From the NCBI GenBank assembly GCA_963797095.1, contig CAWCNY010000006.1:704001-768000 (forward strand): 64,000 nucleotides of DNA. Reading direction: 5' to 3'. Within the stretch, counting starts at the first letter, position 1. Each line of letters opens with the position of its first letter. This document shows positions 37,126-44,486 of the stretch, one piece after another. The stretch is from an uncultured Chloroflexia bacterium (GTDB taxonomy: Bacteria; Chloroflexota; Chloroflexia; QHBQ01; JADMIH01). A program made the translations under genes and the position numbers. The notes beneath the pieces are model-generated. The model did no database searches. It worked only from the letters and a program-made list of their open reading frames with translations, and was not told the DNA's origin.

Positions 37126-37950
37126 GTGAGCAATAGCACTGACATAAACCGTGAGGTGGCGGCGATCTGGGACGCTAATGCCGCCTGGTGGGACGAGCAG
37201 ACGGGCGAGGGCAACGTCTCGCAGAAATCGCTGATCATGCCCGCCATCGAAAAGCTGCTTCAATTGCAGCCCGGTGAGACTGCCCTTGAGGTGGCTTGCG
37301 GCAACGGGTACTTCTCGCGGCGCATGATTGGCCTGGGGGCCGCCAGGGTGGTGGCCCTCGATTTCAGCGCGAAGTTCATCGAGATCGCCCGCGCCAGGAC
37401 CGGGCAAACAGGGCCGAGCGACAAGATCGAGTTCCACCGGATAGATGCTACAGACGAGGCGGCGCTGCTTGCCCTCGGCGAAAGGCGATTCGATGCGGCG
37501 GTAGCTAACATGGCGCTGATGGACATGGCCGAGATCGAGCCGTTGATGCGAGCGCTGTCACGCCTCTTGAAGCCGGGCGGGCGGTTCGTCTTTTCGGTGA
37601 CGCACCTCTACTTCAACCACACAGGGATTTCCAGGGTATTGGAGGAGGTCACAGGCGAAGATGGGCGGCTCGCGGAGCAATTCAGCGTGAGGGTCACGCA
37701 CTACGCCAGTTTCGGGGACGGCACGCCCAGGCTGGGGATCGCAATCCCGGACCAGCCCAAATCACAGTACTACTTCGAGCGCACCCTGGCAGGCTTGCTT
37801 GGCGCGGCCTTCCGCGCGGGCCTGGTGCTCGACGGTCTTGAGGAACCCACCTTCGGCCCGGAGGTCGAGGCTAAGCGCACTATGTCGTGGGTAAACTGGC
37901 ACGAGATCCCACCTTTTATGATAGCGCGTCTGCGCGTACCAATGGCTTGA
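37126..37950 (+). CDS. Class I SAM-dependent methyltransferase
   Basis: LEVACGNG, VALDFS, FD...NMALMD and LKPGGRFVFS motifs. Confidence 0.9.
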   Translation: MSNSTDINREVAAIWDANAAWWDEQTGEGNVSQKSLIMPAIEKLLQLQPGETALEVACGNGYFSRRMIGLGAARVVALDFSAKFIEIARARTGQTGPSDKIEFHRIDATDEAALLALGERRFDAAVANMALMDMAEIEPLMRALSRLLKPGGRFVFSVTHLYFNHTGISRVLEEVTGEDGRLAEQFSVRVTHYASFGDGTPRLGIAIPDQPKSQYYFERTLAGLLGAAFRAGLVLDGLEEPTFGPEVEAKRTMSWVNWHEIPPFMIARLRVPMA

Positions 37951-37966
37951 CGCGGAGGGCACACAG

Positions 37967-38770
37967 ATGGCAAACGGACGCTGGGTAGTTGTGCTCGCGG
38001 TGGTGGGCTGGCTGGCGGCTGGCCTGTCAGCGGGCATCCTGATCGGTGTCCTTATAACCAGATCGGACAGCCAGGTCAATAGCACCAACGCCATACCTAC
38101 CGCAGTGATAGCGCAGGTCGTTGAGCCTACATCGACCGTTGCTTTGCCCGCCGAAAGCGTATCCACCGCTACGCCCGTGCCGCTGGAGCCTTCGGCCACG
38201 CCTACTGTACCCGAAAGTGCCCCATCCCCGACTCCTATGGTTGCCGCGAGCGAACCGTCTGCTACCCCTCAAGCGGTGGGGAAGTCGGCTGCGCCGCCTG
38301 CCTTCGTGGGGGTGGTAGACAACTCGGATGCGTTTATCGGGATCGCGAAAAGCGGTAAGTCAATGCTGGTATATGTGTGCGACGGCAACCAGGGCCATGA
38401 GACAATAGCCGAATGGTTCAAGGGAGATGTATCTGATAGCAATAACTTCGATCTGGTATCTGAGGCGGGCGCTCACCTGGCCGGGAACGTGGCTGGGGAT
38501 GGGATTGATGGGATCGTAACCCTCCCCAACGGTACGAAGCTCAATTTCAAGGCGAGCCAGGTATCGGGAGATGGTGGGCTGGCCCGCGTGGAGGAGAGCA
38601 AAGGTGGCAAGCCGAGGATAAGGGGATGGATATTCATGCCGGACGGGCGGTTCCGGGGCGATGGGTTCCCCACCTATTGCCAGGGAGACGAGGCAAGCGG
38701 CAACGTATATTGCCCGGCGGCAGGGACTACTGACCAGTTCTTTACGTGGTGCCGAAGTTGTTACCCGTAG
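37967..38770 (+). CDS. Membrane-anchored Pro/Thr-linker hypothetical protein
   Basis: N-terminal TM, PT linker, YVCDG motif and Cys-rich C-terminus. Confidence 0.65.
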   Translation: MANGRWVVVLAVVGWLAAGLSAGILIGVLITRSDSQVNSTNAIPTAVIAQVVEPTSTVALPAESVSTATPVPLEPSATPTVPESAPSPTPMVAASEPSATPQAVGKSAAPPAFVGVVDNSDAFIGIAKSGKSMLVYVCDGNQGHETIAEWFKGDVSDSNNFDLVSEAGAHLAGNVAGDGIDGIVTLPNGTKLNFKASQVSGDGGLARVEESKGGKPRIRGWIFMPDGRFRGDGFPTYCQGDEASGNVYCPAAGTTDQFFTWCRSCYP

Positions 38771-38788
38771 GATGATAGGAGGTTAGTT

Positions 38789-39001
38789 ATGGCTGAGACA
38801 AAGACCGATCTGATTGGCAAGCCGTTGACAGCGCAAGAGCGCGAGATATTGGACGTTTATGGAGCCCTGAAACGGCTGGCCGCCCAGGATGACCTCCCGC
38901 CCTGCGCGGCCCGCAACGTGCGCAAGGCGCTATCTTGTATGTGGCAGGCCACCAACGACCTGCGCCTGCAGTTCGAGCAACTCTATGACGTCGGTGTGTG
39001 A
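38789..39001 (+). CDS. 70-aa hypothetical protein
   Basis: AGGAGG RBS; compact helical sequence with DLPPC and WQ..NDL. Confidence 0.75.
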   Translation: MAETKTDLIGKPLTAQEREILDVYGALKRLAAQDDLPPCAARNVRKALSCMWQATNDLRLQFEQLYDVGV

Positions 39002-39061
39002 AATGTACAAGTGGAAGGGGTTGCGCAAGGCGCTAAAATCTGCTAACATTCGGCCATTATA

Positions 39062-39131
39062 ATCAGGGATCAGGAACCAGGGTGCAGTTTGCCGTATGCA
39101 AAACGCATTGATTCCTGATCCCTGATCCCTG
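39062..39131. repeat. Inverted pair of ATCAGGG/CCCTGAT heptamer tracts
   Basis: ATCAGGG ATCAGGA ACCAGGG, then TTCCTGA TCCCTGA TCCCTGG, in the leader of the RidA gene. Confidence 0.8.
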
Positions 39132-39147
39132 GAGAAAGGGTGAAGCC

Positions 39148-39612
39148 ATGCAAAGCGACCTTATCACGCATGTGCAAGCGGCTGACGCGCCACCGGCTAT
39201 TGGTCCTTATTCACAGGCTGTCGTAGCAAACGGGTTTGTGTTCTGTACGGGGCAGGTGGCAATAGATCCTCATGGCGACCACATTGTAGAGGGCGATATC
39301 AAGACGCAGACACACCGGGTGATCCAAAATCTTGGCGCTGTGCTATCGGCTGCCGGGTCGGGCCTGAGCCATGTGGTCAGGACCACTGTGTTCTTGACGC
39401 GCTTTTCCGACTTCGAGGCGATGAACGAAGTATACGCGCAGTATTTCACCGAGACGCTGCCCGCACGCTCCACTGTGCAGGTGGGGGCGCTTCCACGCGG
39501 ATTGCTGGTGCAGATCGACTGCATAGCCGTAGTGCCCGGCTCTGTGGTGCAGGTGATCGAAGCAAGAGAATCGGAGTCGTTGTTTGATCTCGATGCGGAC
39601 GCGGATTTCTAG
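39148..39612 (+). CDS. RidA family enamine/imine deaminase
   Basis: AP.AIGPYSQ, GQ, MN.VY and PARS motifs; acidic C-terminal extension. Confidence 0.88.
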   Translation: MQSDLITHVQAADAPPAIGPYSQAVVANGFVFCTGQVAIDPHGDHIVEGDIKTQTHRVIQNLGAVLSAAGSGLSHVVRTTVFLTRFSDFEAMNEVYAQYFTETLPARSTVQVGALPRGLLVQIDCIAVVPGSVVQVIEARESESLFDLDADADF

Positions 39613-39660
39613 GTCTAGGACGAAACACGCGGGACGAACGCTCTCAAATAGATTATCTTG

Positions 39661-39737
39661 AACCGGGAACCAGCAACCAGCAACCAGCAACCAGCAACCA
39701 GCAACCTGGAACCTGGAACCTGGAACCTGGAACCGGT
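39661..39737. repeat. Eleven-unit heptamer tract AACCGGG (AACCAGC)x5 (AACCTGG)x4 AACCGGT
   Basis: Counted directly; the 7-nt register is kept across the switch in unit sequence. Confidence 0.97.
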
Positions 39738-39776
39738 AACTTCCTTCGTCCTTTACCGCCGTACAAAGGAGTACAA

Positions 39777-40553
39777 ATGGCCGTAACTACTGCGAACAGT
39801 AGAGAGCAAGGGCGAGCACCGCTCCCTTTGACCAGCAGGCGCGACCTCTGGTGGGTCAGGCCGCTGGTGACGGTGGTGGTGCTGGGCGCGTTCGTGGTTT
39901 ATTCGACGGTGCGGGCCTTCGTATACGCCGATTATGAGGTAGGGCCGTACCTGTCCCCCTTCTACGCGCCCTTCATACCGATAGATTGGAACCTGTTTGG
40001 CTACATCGTTTCCCCTGCCTTCTACATCCTGATCTTCCCCCTCAGTTTCCGGCTCACCTGCTACTATTACAGGCAAGCCTACTACAGGGCTTTCTTCTGG
40101 GACCCTCCCGCGTGCGCTGTGCGCGAGCCACGTCCCAGGAAGAAGTACACAGGAGAGCGGAGCTTTCCGTTCGTGTTGCAAAACATACACCGCTACTCCC
40201 TCTATTTCGCGTTGATCTTCATCGTCATACTGGCGTACGACGCGGTCAGGGCGTTCTTTTTCTCCGATGGGTTCCACATAAACGTGGGATCGCTGGTGTT
40301 CGTAGCGAACGTGATGCTGCTGGGTGTGTACACGTTCTCCTGCCATTCATGGCGGCACCTTATCGGAGGCGGTGTAGATTGCTATTCCTGCGATGCCATG
40401 ACCAAGACACGCTACGGGCTTTGGAAGCGATTCACCTTCTTGAACGAGCGCCACGCGTGGTTCGCCTGGATCAGCCTGTTCGCAGTGGCGCTGACCGACC
40501 TGTATGTGTGGTTGGTAGCTTCGGGGGCGATCACCGATTTCCGTTTTATATAG
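39777..40553 (+). CDS. Succinate dehydrogenase membrane anchor, mycobacterial Sdh1 (Rv0249c)-like
   Basis: YLSPFY, FR.TCYYYR, PPACAV, YTGE..FP..LQN.HRY, SCHS.RH and H..FAW.SL motifs. Confidence 0.85.
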   Translation: MAVTTANSREQGRAPLPLTSRRDLWWVRPLVTVVVLGAFVVYSTVRAFVYADYEVGPYLSPFYAPFIPIDWNLFGYIVSPAFYILIFPLSFRLTCYYYRQAYYRAFFWDPPACAVREPRPRKKYTGERSFPFVLQNIHRYSLYFALIFIVILAYDAVRAFFFSDGFHINVGSLVFVANVMLLGVYTFSCHSWRHLIGGGVDCYSCDAMTKTRYGLWKRFTFLNERHAWFAWISLFAVALTDLYVWLVASGAITDFRFI

Positions 40554-40619
40554 CCATTTCTTCTAACGGATGGCCTGCCCGGCGTACGCGGATGCAGGCC
40601 AGGAATAGTGGAGCGGTAA

Positions 40620-40943
40620 ATGATAGATAAGTTCAAAGTGATCGGCATGTGGGCGGTGACTATGTTGGCGGGGAATCTCCTGGCTTTGGGGTTAGGATAT
40701 GGTGGAATGTTCATCGCTGACAAGTTCGACCTGTATGTACGAGGAATTGGGCCGAATACTGCGGGCACGCCTCTTTCCGCGCATATCGCCTGGGGATTGG
40801 TAGGGTTTCTAGCGCTGTTCAACCTGCTGATGGGGGCGGTGCTGGTGTTATTGCTGTTCTGGCTTGTGGGATCGGTGGTTGGCCTGCTCGTGAGGCTTGT
40901 GCAGCACATCTACTTGAGATTGGCGCAGACCACAGGAGTTTAA
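40620..40943 (+). CDS. Small hypothetical membrane protein
   Basis: GGAG RBS; two to three hydrophobic segments. Confidence 0.5.
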   Translation: MIDKFKVIGMWAVTMLAGNLLALGLGYGGMFIADKFDLYVRGIGPNTAGTPLSAHIAWGLVGFLALFNLLMGAVLVLLLFWLVGSVVGLLVRLVQHIYLRLAQTTGV

Positions 40944-40969
40944 TACGATTGTTGATATTCTGATGGAGT

Positions 40970-42772
40970 GTGCAGTTGGAATCATACGACACATTCGAGC
41001 ATGACGTACTGGTGATAGGTGCGGGAGGGTCGGGGCTGCGAGCCACTATCGCGGCGGCGCAGGCCGGGCTGAACGTGGGGGTAGTGTGCAAGTCGCTGCT
41101 GGGAAAGGCGCACACCGTGATGGCCGAAGGAGGCGTGGCGGGCGCGCTGGGCAACCTGGACAAGAAGGACAACTGGCAGGTGCACTTCATGGACACCATG
41201 AGGGGCGGGGCCTTCCTCAACAACTGGCGCACCGTCGAAATCCTCGCCAAAGAAGCCCCTGAGCGGGTGCTTGAGCTTGAGCAGTGGGGAGCGGTGTTCG
41301 ACCGCACTCCTGAGGGCCTGATCATGCAGAGACCCTTCGGGGGACACACCTATCGCCGCCTGAGCCATGTGGGCGACCGCACCGGGCTTGAGCTGATCCG
41401 CACGTTGCAGGACAAGGCGGTGTCGCTCGGCATGACCTGCTATATGGAGACCACGATCATGAGGTTGCTGAAGGACGGCGACCGGGTGGTGGGGGCGTTC
41501 GGCTATTACCGCGAGTTGGGGCGGTTTTTCCTGATCAAGGCGAAGGCGGTGGTGCTGGCGACCGGGGGATGGGGCAGGATGTACAGGGTTACGTCCAATT
41601 CCTGGGAGTCGACGGGGGATGGGGCTATCCTGGCCTTCAACGCGGGAGCCGAGTTGATGGGTATGGAGATGGTCCAGTTCCACCCTACAGGCATGGTGTG
41701 GCCGCCCGGTGTGCGCGGTCTGCTCGTAACAGAGGGCGTGCGCGGCGAGGGCGGCATCCTGCGCAACAAGAAGGGCGAGCGCTTCATGTTCGACCCCAAG
41801 TACACCCCTCCCTCCTACAAGGGGCGCTACGCCGATACCGAGGAGGAGTCCGCTCGCTGGCTGACCGATAAGGACAACAACAGGCCGCCACCCGACCTGC
41901 TCCCCCGCGACGTAGTGGCGCGGGCGATCTACCGCGAGGTGCTGGCGGGCAGTGGCTCTGAGCATGGCGGCGTCTATCTCGACGTGACGCACCGAGGCGC
42001 TGACTACATCAGGAAGAAGCTCCCCAGCATGTACGAGCAATTCCATGCCCTCGGTGATATTGACATAACTAAAGAGCTGATGGAAGTCTATCCCACCATT
42101 CATTACACGATGGGCGGGGTGAAGGCCGAGCCTGAAACGTGCGCGACCAATGTGCCGGGTCTCTTCGCGGCGGGTGAGACGGCAGCGGGTGTGCATGGGG
42201 CCAACCGGTTGGGCGGCAACGCCCTGTGCGACCTCCTTGTATTCGGCAAGCGGGCGGGCGAAGCAGCTTCCCAGTACGTGCAGTCGGTTGATACAGGGAA
42301 GATAGACGACGCGGAGTTGAGCGCCGAGATGGATAGGATGCTGGCCCCCTTCCAGTCGCAGGGCAAGGAGAACCCCTACCTGATCACCGAGGAGTTGCAG
42401 GCCGCAATGCAGGATGGGGCGATGATCGCCCGCACCGAGGACGGCCTGACGGGCTGCCTCCGGAAGATAGCCAGTTTGCAGGAGCGCGCCAAAAACATCC
42501 ATATAGACGGCAACCGGCTCTATAATCCTGGCTGGCACACCGCCAGGGATATACGCAATATGCTGAAGGTGTCGGAGATCATCGTAAGGTGCGCGCTAGC
42601 CCGGAAGGAGAGCCGGGGCGCTCAGTGGCGGCTCGACTATCCCGACCCCGACCCGGAATGGGGCAAAAAGATGCTGATCGCTACCAGGGGATCTCAAGAC
42701 GAGGTTGTGATCGGGACCACACCCGTGCCCCAAATGCCGCCGGAGTTGGCTAAGCTATTCGAGAGTAAATAG
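40970..42772 (+). CDS. sdhA: Succinate dehydrogenase/fumarate reductase flavoprotein subunit
   Basis: GAGGSG, AHTVMAEGG, QFHPT, TEGVRGEGG, HYTMGG, HGANRLGGN and ESRG motifs. Confidence 0.93.
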   Translation: MQLESYDTFEHDVLVIGAGGSGLRATIAAAQAGLNVGVVCKSLLGKAHTVMAEGGVAGALGNLDKKDNWQVHFMDTMRGGAFLNNWRTVEILAKEAPERVLELEQWGAVFDRTPEGLIMQRPFGGHTYRRLSHVGDRTGLELIRTLQDKAVSLGMTCYMETTIMRLLKDGDRVVGAFGYYRELGRFFLIKAKAVVLATGGWGRMYRVTSNSWESTGDGAILAFNAGAELMGMEMVQFHPTGMVWPPGVRGLLVTEGVRGEGGILRNKKGERFMFDPKYTPPSYKGRYADTEEESARWLTDKDNNRPPPDLLPRDVVARAIYREVLAGSGSEHGGVYLDVTHRGADYIRKKLPSMYEQFHALGDIDITKELMEVYPTIHYTMGGVKAEPETCATNVPGLFAAGETAAGVHGANRLGGNALCDLLVFGKRAGEAASQYVQSVDTGKIDDAELSAEMDRMLAPFQSQGKENPYLITEELQAAMQDGAMIARTEDGLTGCLRKIASLQERAKNIHIDGNRLYNPGWHTARDIRNMLKVSEIIVRCALARKESRGAQWRLDYPDPDPEWGKKMLIATRGSQDEVVIGTTPVPQMPPELAKLFESK

Positions 42773-42791
42773 GATGTAGGGCACGCCTATC

Positions 42792-43077
42792 ATGCGTATT
42801 GACGCTTTCGTTTGGTTGCCCCACATCGTGGATAAATTGGCGATCAAGCACCATGTCACGCAAGATGAAGCCGAGGAAGTGTTCTTCAATAGAGCGAAGT
42901 ATCGCTTTGTGGAATCGGGGTTATAATCAGGGTGAGGATGTTTATTCCGCCAGTGGGCAAACTGACGGCGGTAGATATCTGATCGTCTTCTTCATACACA
43001 AGCAAGATAATACGGCAATGATCCTGAGCGCACGCGATATGGACAAGAATGAGCGCAGAAGATATGAGCAAAAATAA
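42792..43077 (+). pseudogene. BrnT (DUF497) family toxin with a +1 frameshift at GGGG 42917-42920
   Basis: ATG 42792 reads MRIDAFVW..DKL..KH.V...EAEEVF; the other frame reads GQT..GRYL.VFF..SARDM...ERRRY. Confidence 0.75.
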
Positions 43078-43348
43078 TACGCGCAAACAGACCACTATCT
43101 CGAAGGCGAAGAGCGTAGATGAGATAGCAGACTACTGGGATACCCATAGCCTGGATGACCATTGGGAAGAGACATCCGAGGTCGATTTTGAGGTAAGGGC
43201 ACAGCGCCACCACAGAATTACCATCGATCCTGATGTTTATGTGAAAATCGAGGAGCAAGCCCGTACAAGAGGTGTCCTGCCTGAAACGCTAATCAACCTA
43301 TGGTTGGTTGAGCGATTGCAGAAGGCAGAGAGTTCGCCATCGTCCTAA
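43064..43348 (+). CDS. CopG/BrnA-like antitoxin
   Basis: E.ADYWDTHSL.D and A..RGV..ETLINLWL.E.L motifs; overlaps the toxin 3' end. Confidence 0.8.
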   Translation: MSKNNTRKQTTISKAKSVDEIADYWDTHSLDDHWEETSEVDFEVRAQRHHRITIDPDVYVKIEEQARTRGVLPETLINLWLVERLQKAESSPSS

Positions 43349-43383
43349 GAACCAGTATGTTGTCTCGAAGGAGAGAAAGTAGT

Positions 43384-44361
43384 ATGGCAACCGAAACCGA
43401 GCAGAAGAGTACCACCACCCTGACACCAGAACAGGCAACCAGGCTGCGCGAAACGGGCGAGATGCCATCTCAGCCCGCGCAGACCGGGCGCACGGTTACG
43501 CTGCGCGTGTTCAGAGGCGACGCCGATGGAGGCACCGAGCAAGAGTACGCGGTGCCGACCTTCCCCGGCATGGTGGTGCTCGACGCCATCCACTATATCC
43601 AGCACCACATAGATACCACCCTCTCCTGCCGGTGGAACTGCAAAGCGGGCAAGTGTGGCTCGTGCAGCGCCGAGATCAACGGGCAGCCGCGTCTCATGTG
43701 CAAGGCCCGCGTGCGCGACTATGCGGGTGAGGGCAACACGATCGTGGTCCACCCACTCAAAACCTTCCCGCTGATCAAAGACCTTGTGACGGACGTATCC
43801 TGGAACTACAGGATGTCTGCCCGCATCGCGCCTTTCACGCCCAGAGAAGATGCTCCGAGGCCCCTGGTTATGCAGCAGATGGATGTGGACCGCATACAGG
43901 AGTTCCGCAAGTGCATAGAGTGCTTCCTGTGCCAGGATGTGTGCCATGTGCTAAGAGAGCACAACCGCAAAGACATATTCTACGGCCCCAGGCAGATGAT
44001 CAAGCTGGCAAACCTCGATATGCATCCCTACGATGGTCTCGACCGGCGTGAGATGGTAAAGGAGGAGTCGGGTGTGGGGGCGTGCAACATCACCAAGTGC
44101 TGCACCGAGGTGTGCCCTGAGCATATTCACATCACAGACAACGGAATTATACCTCTCAAGGAGCGGGTAGCCGATCTCTATTTCGACCCAGTGATGTGGT
44201 TAGCGCGCAAGATGGCGTTCCAGAATAATCGAGGCAGGCCGAGCGCCTCCAACTTCCAGCCCGTGACCATGTTCGGGTCGGCATACCCACCTCCCACCGA
44301 GTTCGAGTGGCGCGCCCACGCAGCCCCGCAAGCCGCTGCCGAGGATGGAGGGCGGGCCTGA
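43384..44361 (+). CDS. sdhB: Succinate dehydrogenase/fumarate reductase iron-sulfur subunit
   Basis: CKAGKCGSC..C, CIECFLCQDVC and CNITKCCTEVCP; AAGGAG RBS. Confidence 0.93.
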   Translation: MATETEQKSTTTLTPEQATRLRETGEMPSQPAQTGRTVTLRVFRGDADGGTEQEYAVPTFPGMVVLDAIHYIQHHIDTTLSCRWNCKAGKCGSCSAEINGQPRLMCKARVRDYAGEGNTIVVHPLKTFPLIKDLVTDVSWNYRMSARIAPFTPREDAPRPLVMQQMDVDRIQEFRKCIECFLCQDVCHVLREHNRKDIFYGPRQMIKLANLDMHPYDGLDRREMVKEESGVGACNITKCCTEVCPEHIHITDNGIIPLKERVADLYFDPVMWLARKMAFQNNRGRPSASNFQPVTMFGSAYPPPTEFEWRAHAAPQAAAEDGGRA

Positions 44362-44486
44362 GGGCGTGATAAAGTCGGAGATAGAGTTCAACCCGGAGAA
44401 CCCGAACCGCGCGAGAGCCGTAGGGCCGGGCCAGGAGTGAGATAAGAAAGGCGCGAAACAGGTGCGGAGGTCGCTCTGAATAGTTA

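Noticed and set aside
11369-39737. Repeat tracts as CRISPR arrays
   Set aside because: Units are 7 bp and contiguous, with no unique spacers and no cas genes in the window.
40982-42538. 518-aa antisense ORF (also 7603-8553, 18667-19806 and 51692-52699)
   Set aside because: Shadow ORFs opposite well-conserved GC-rich genes, with no recognisable motifs.
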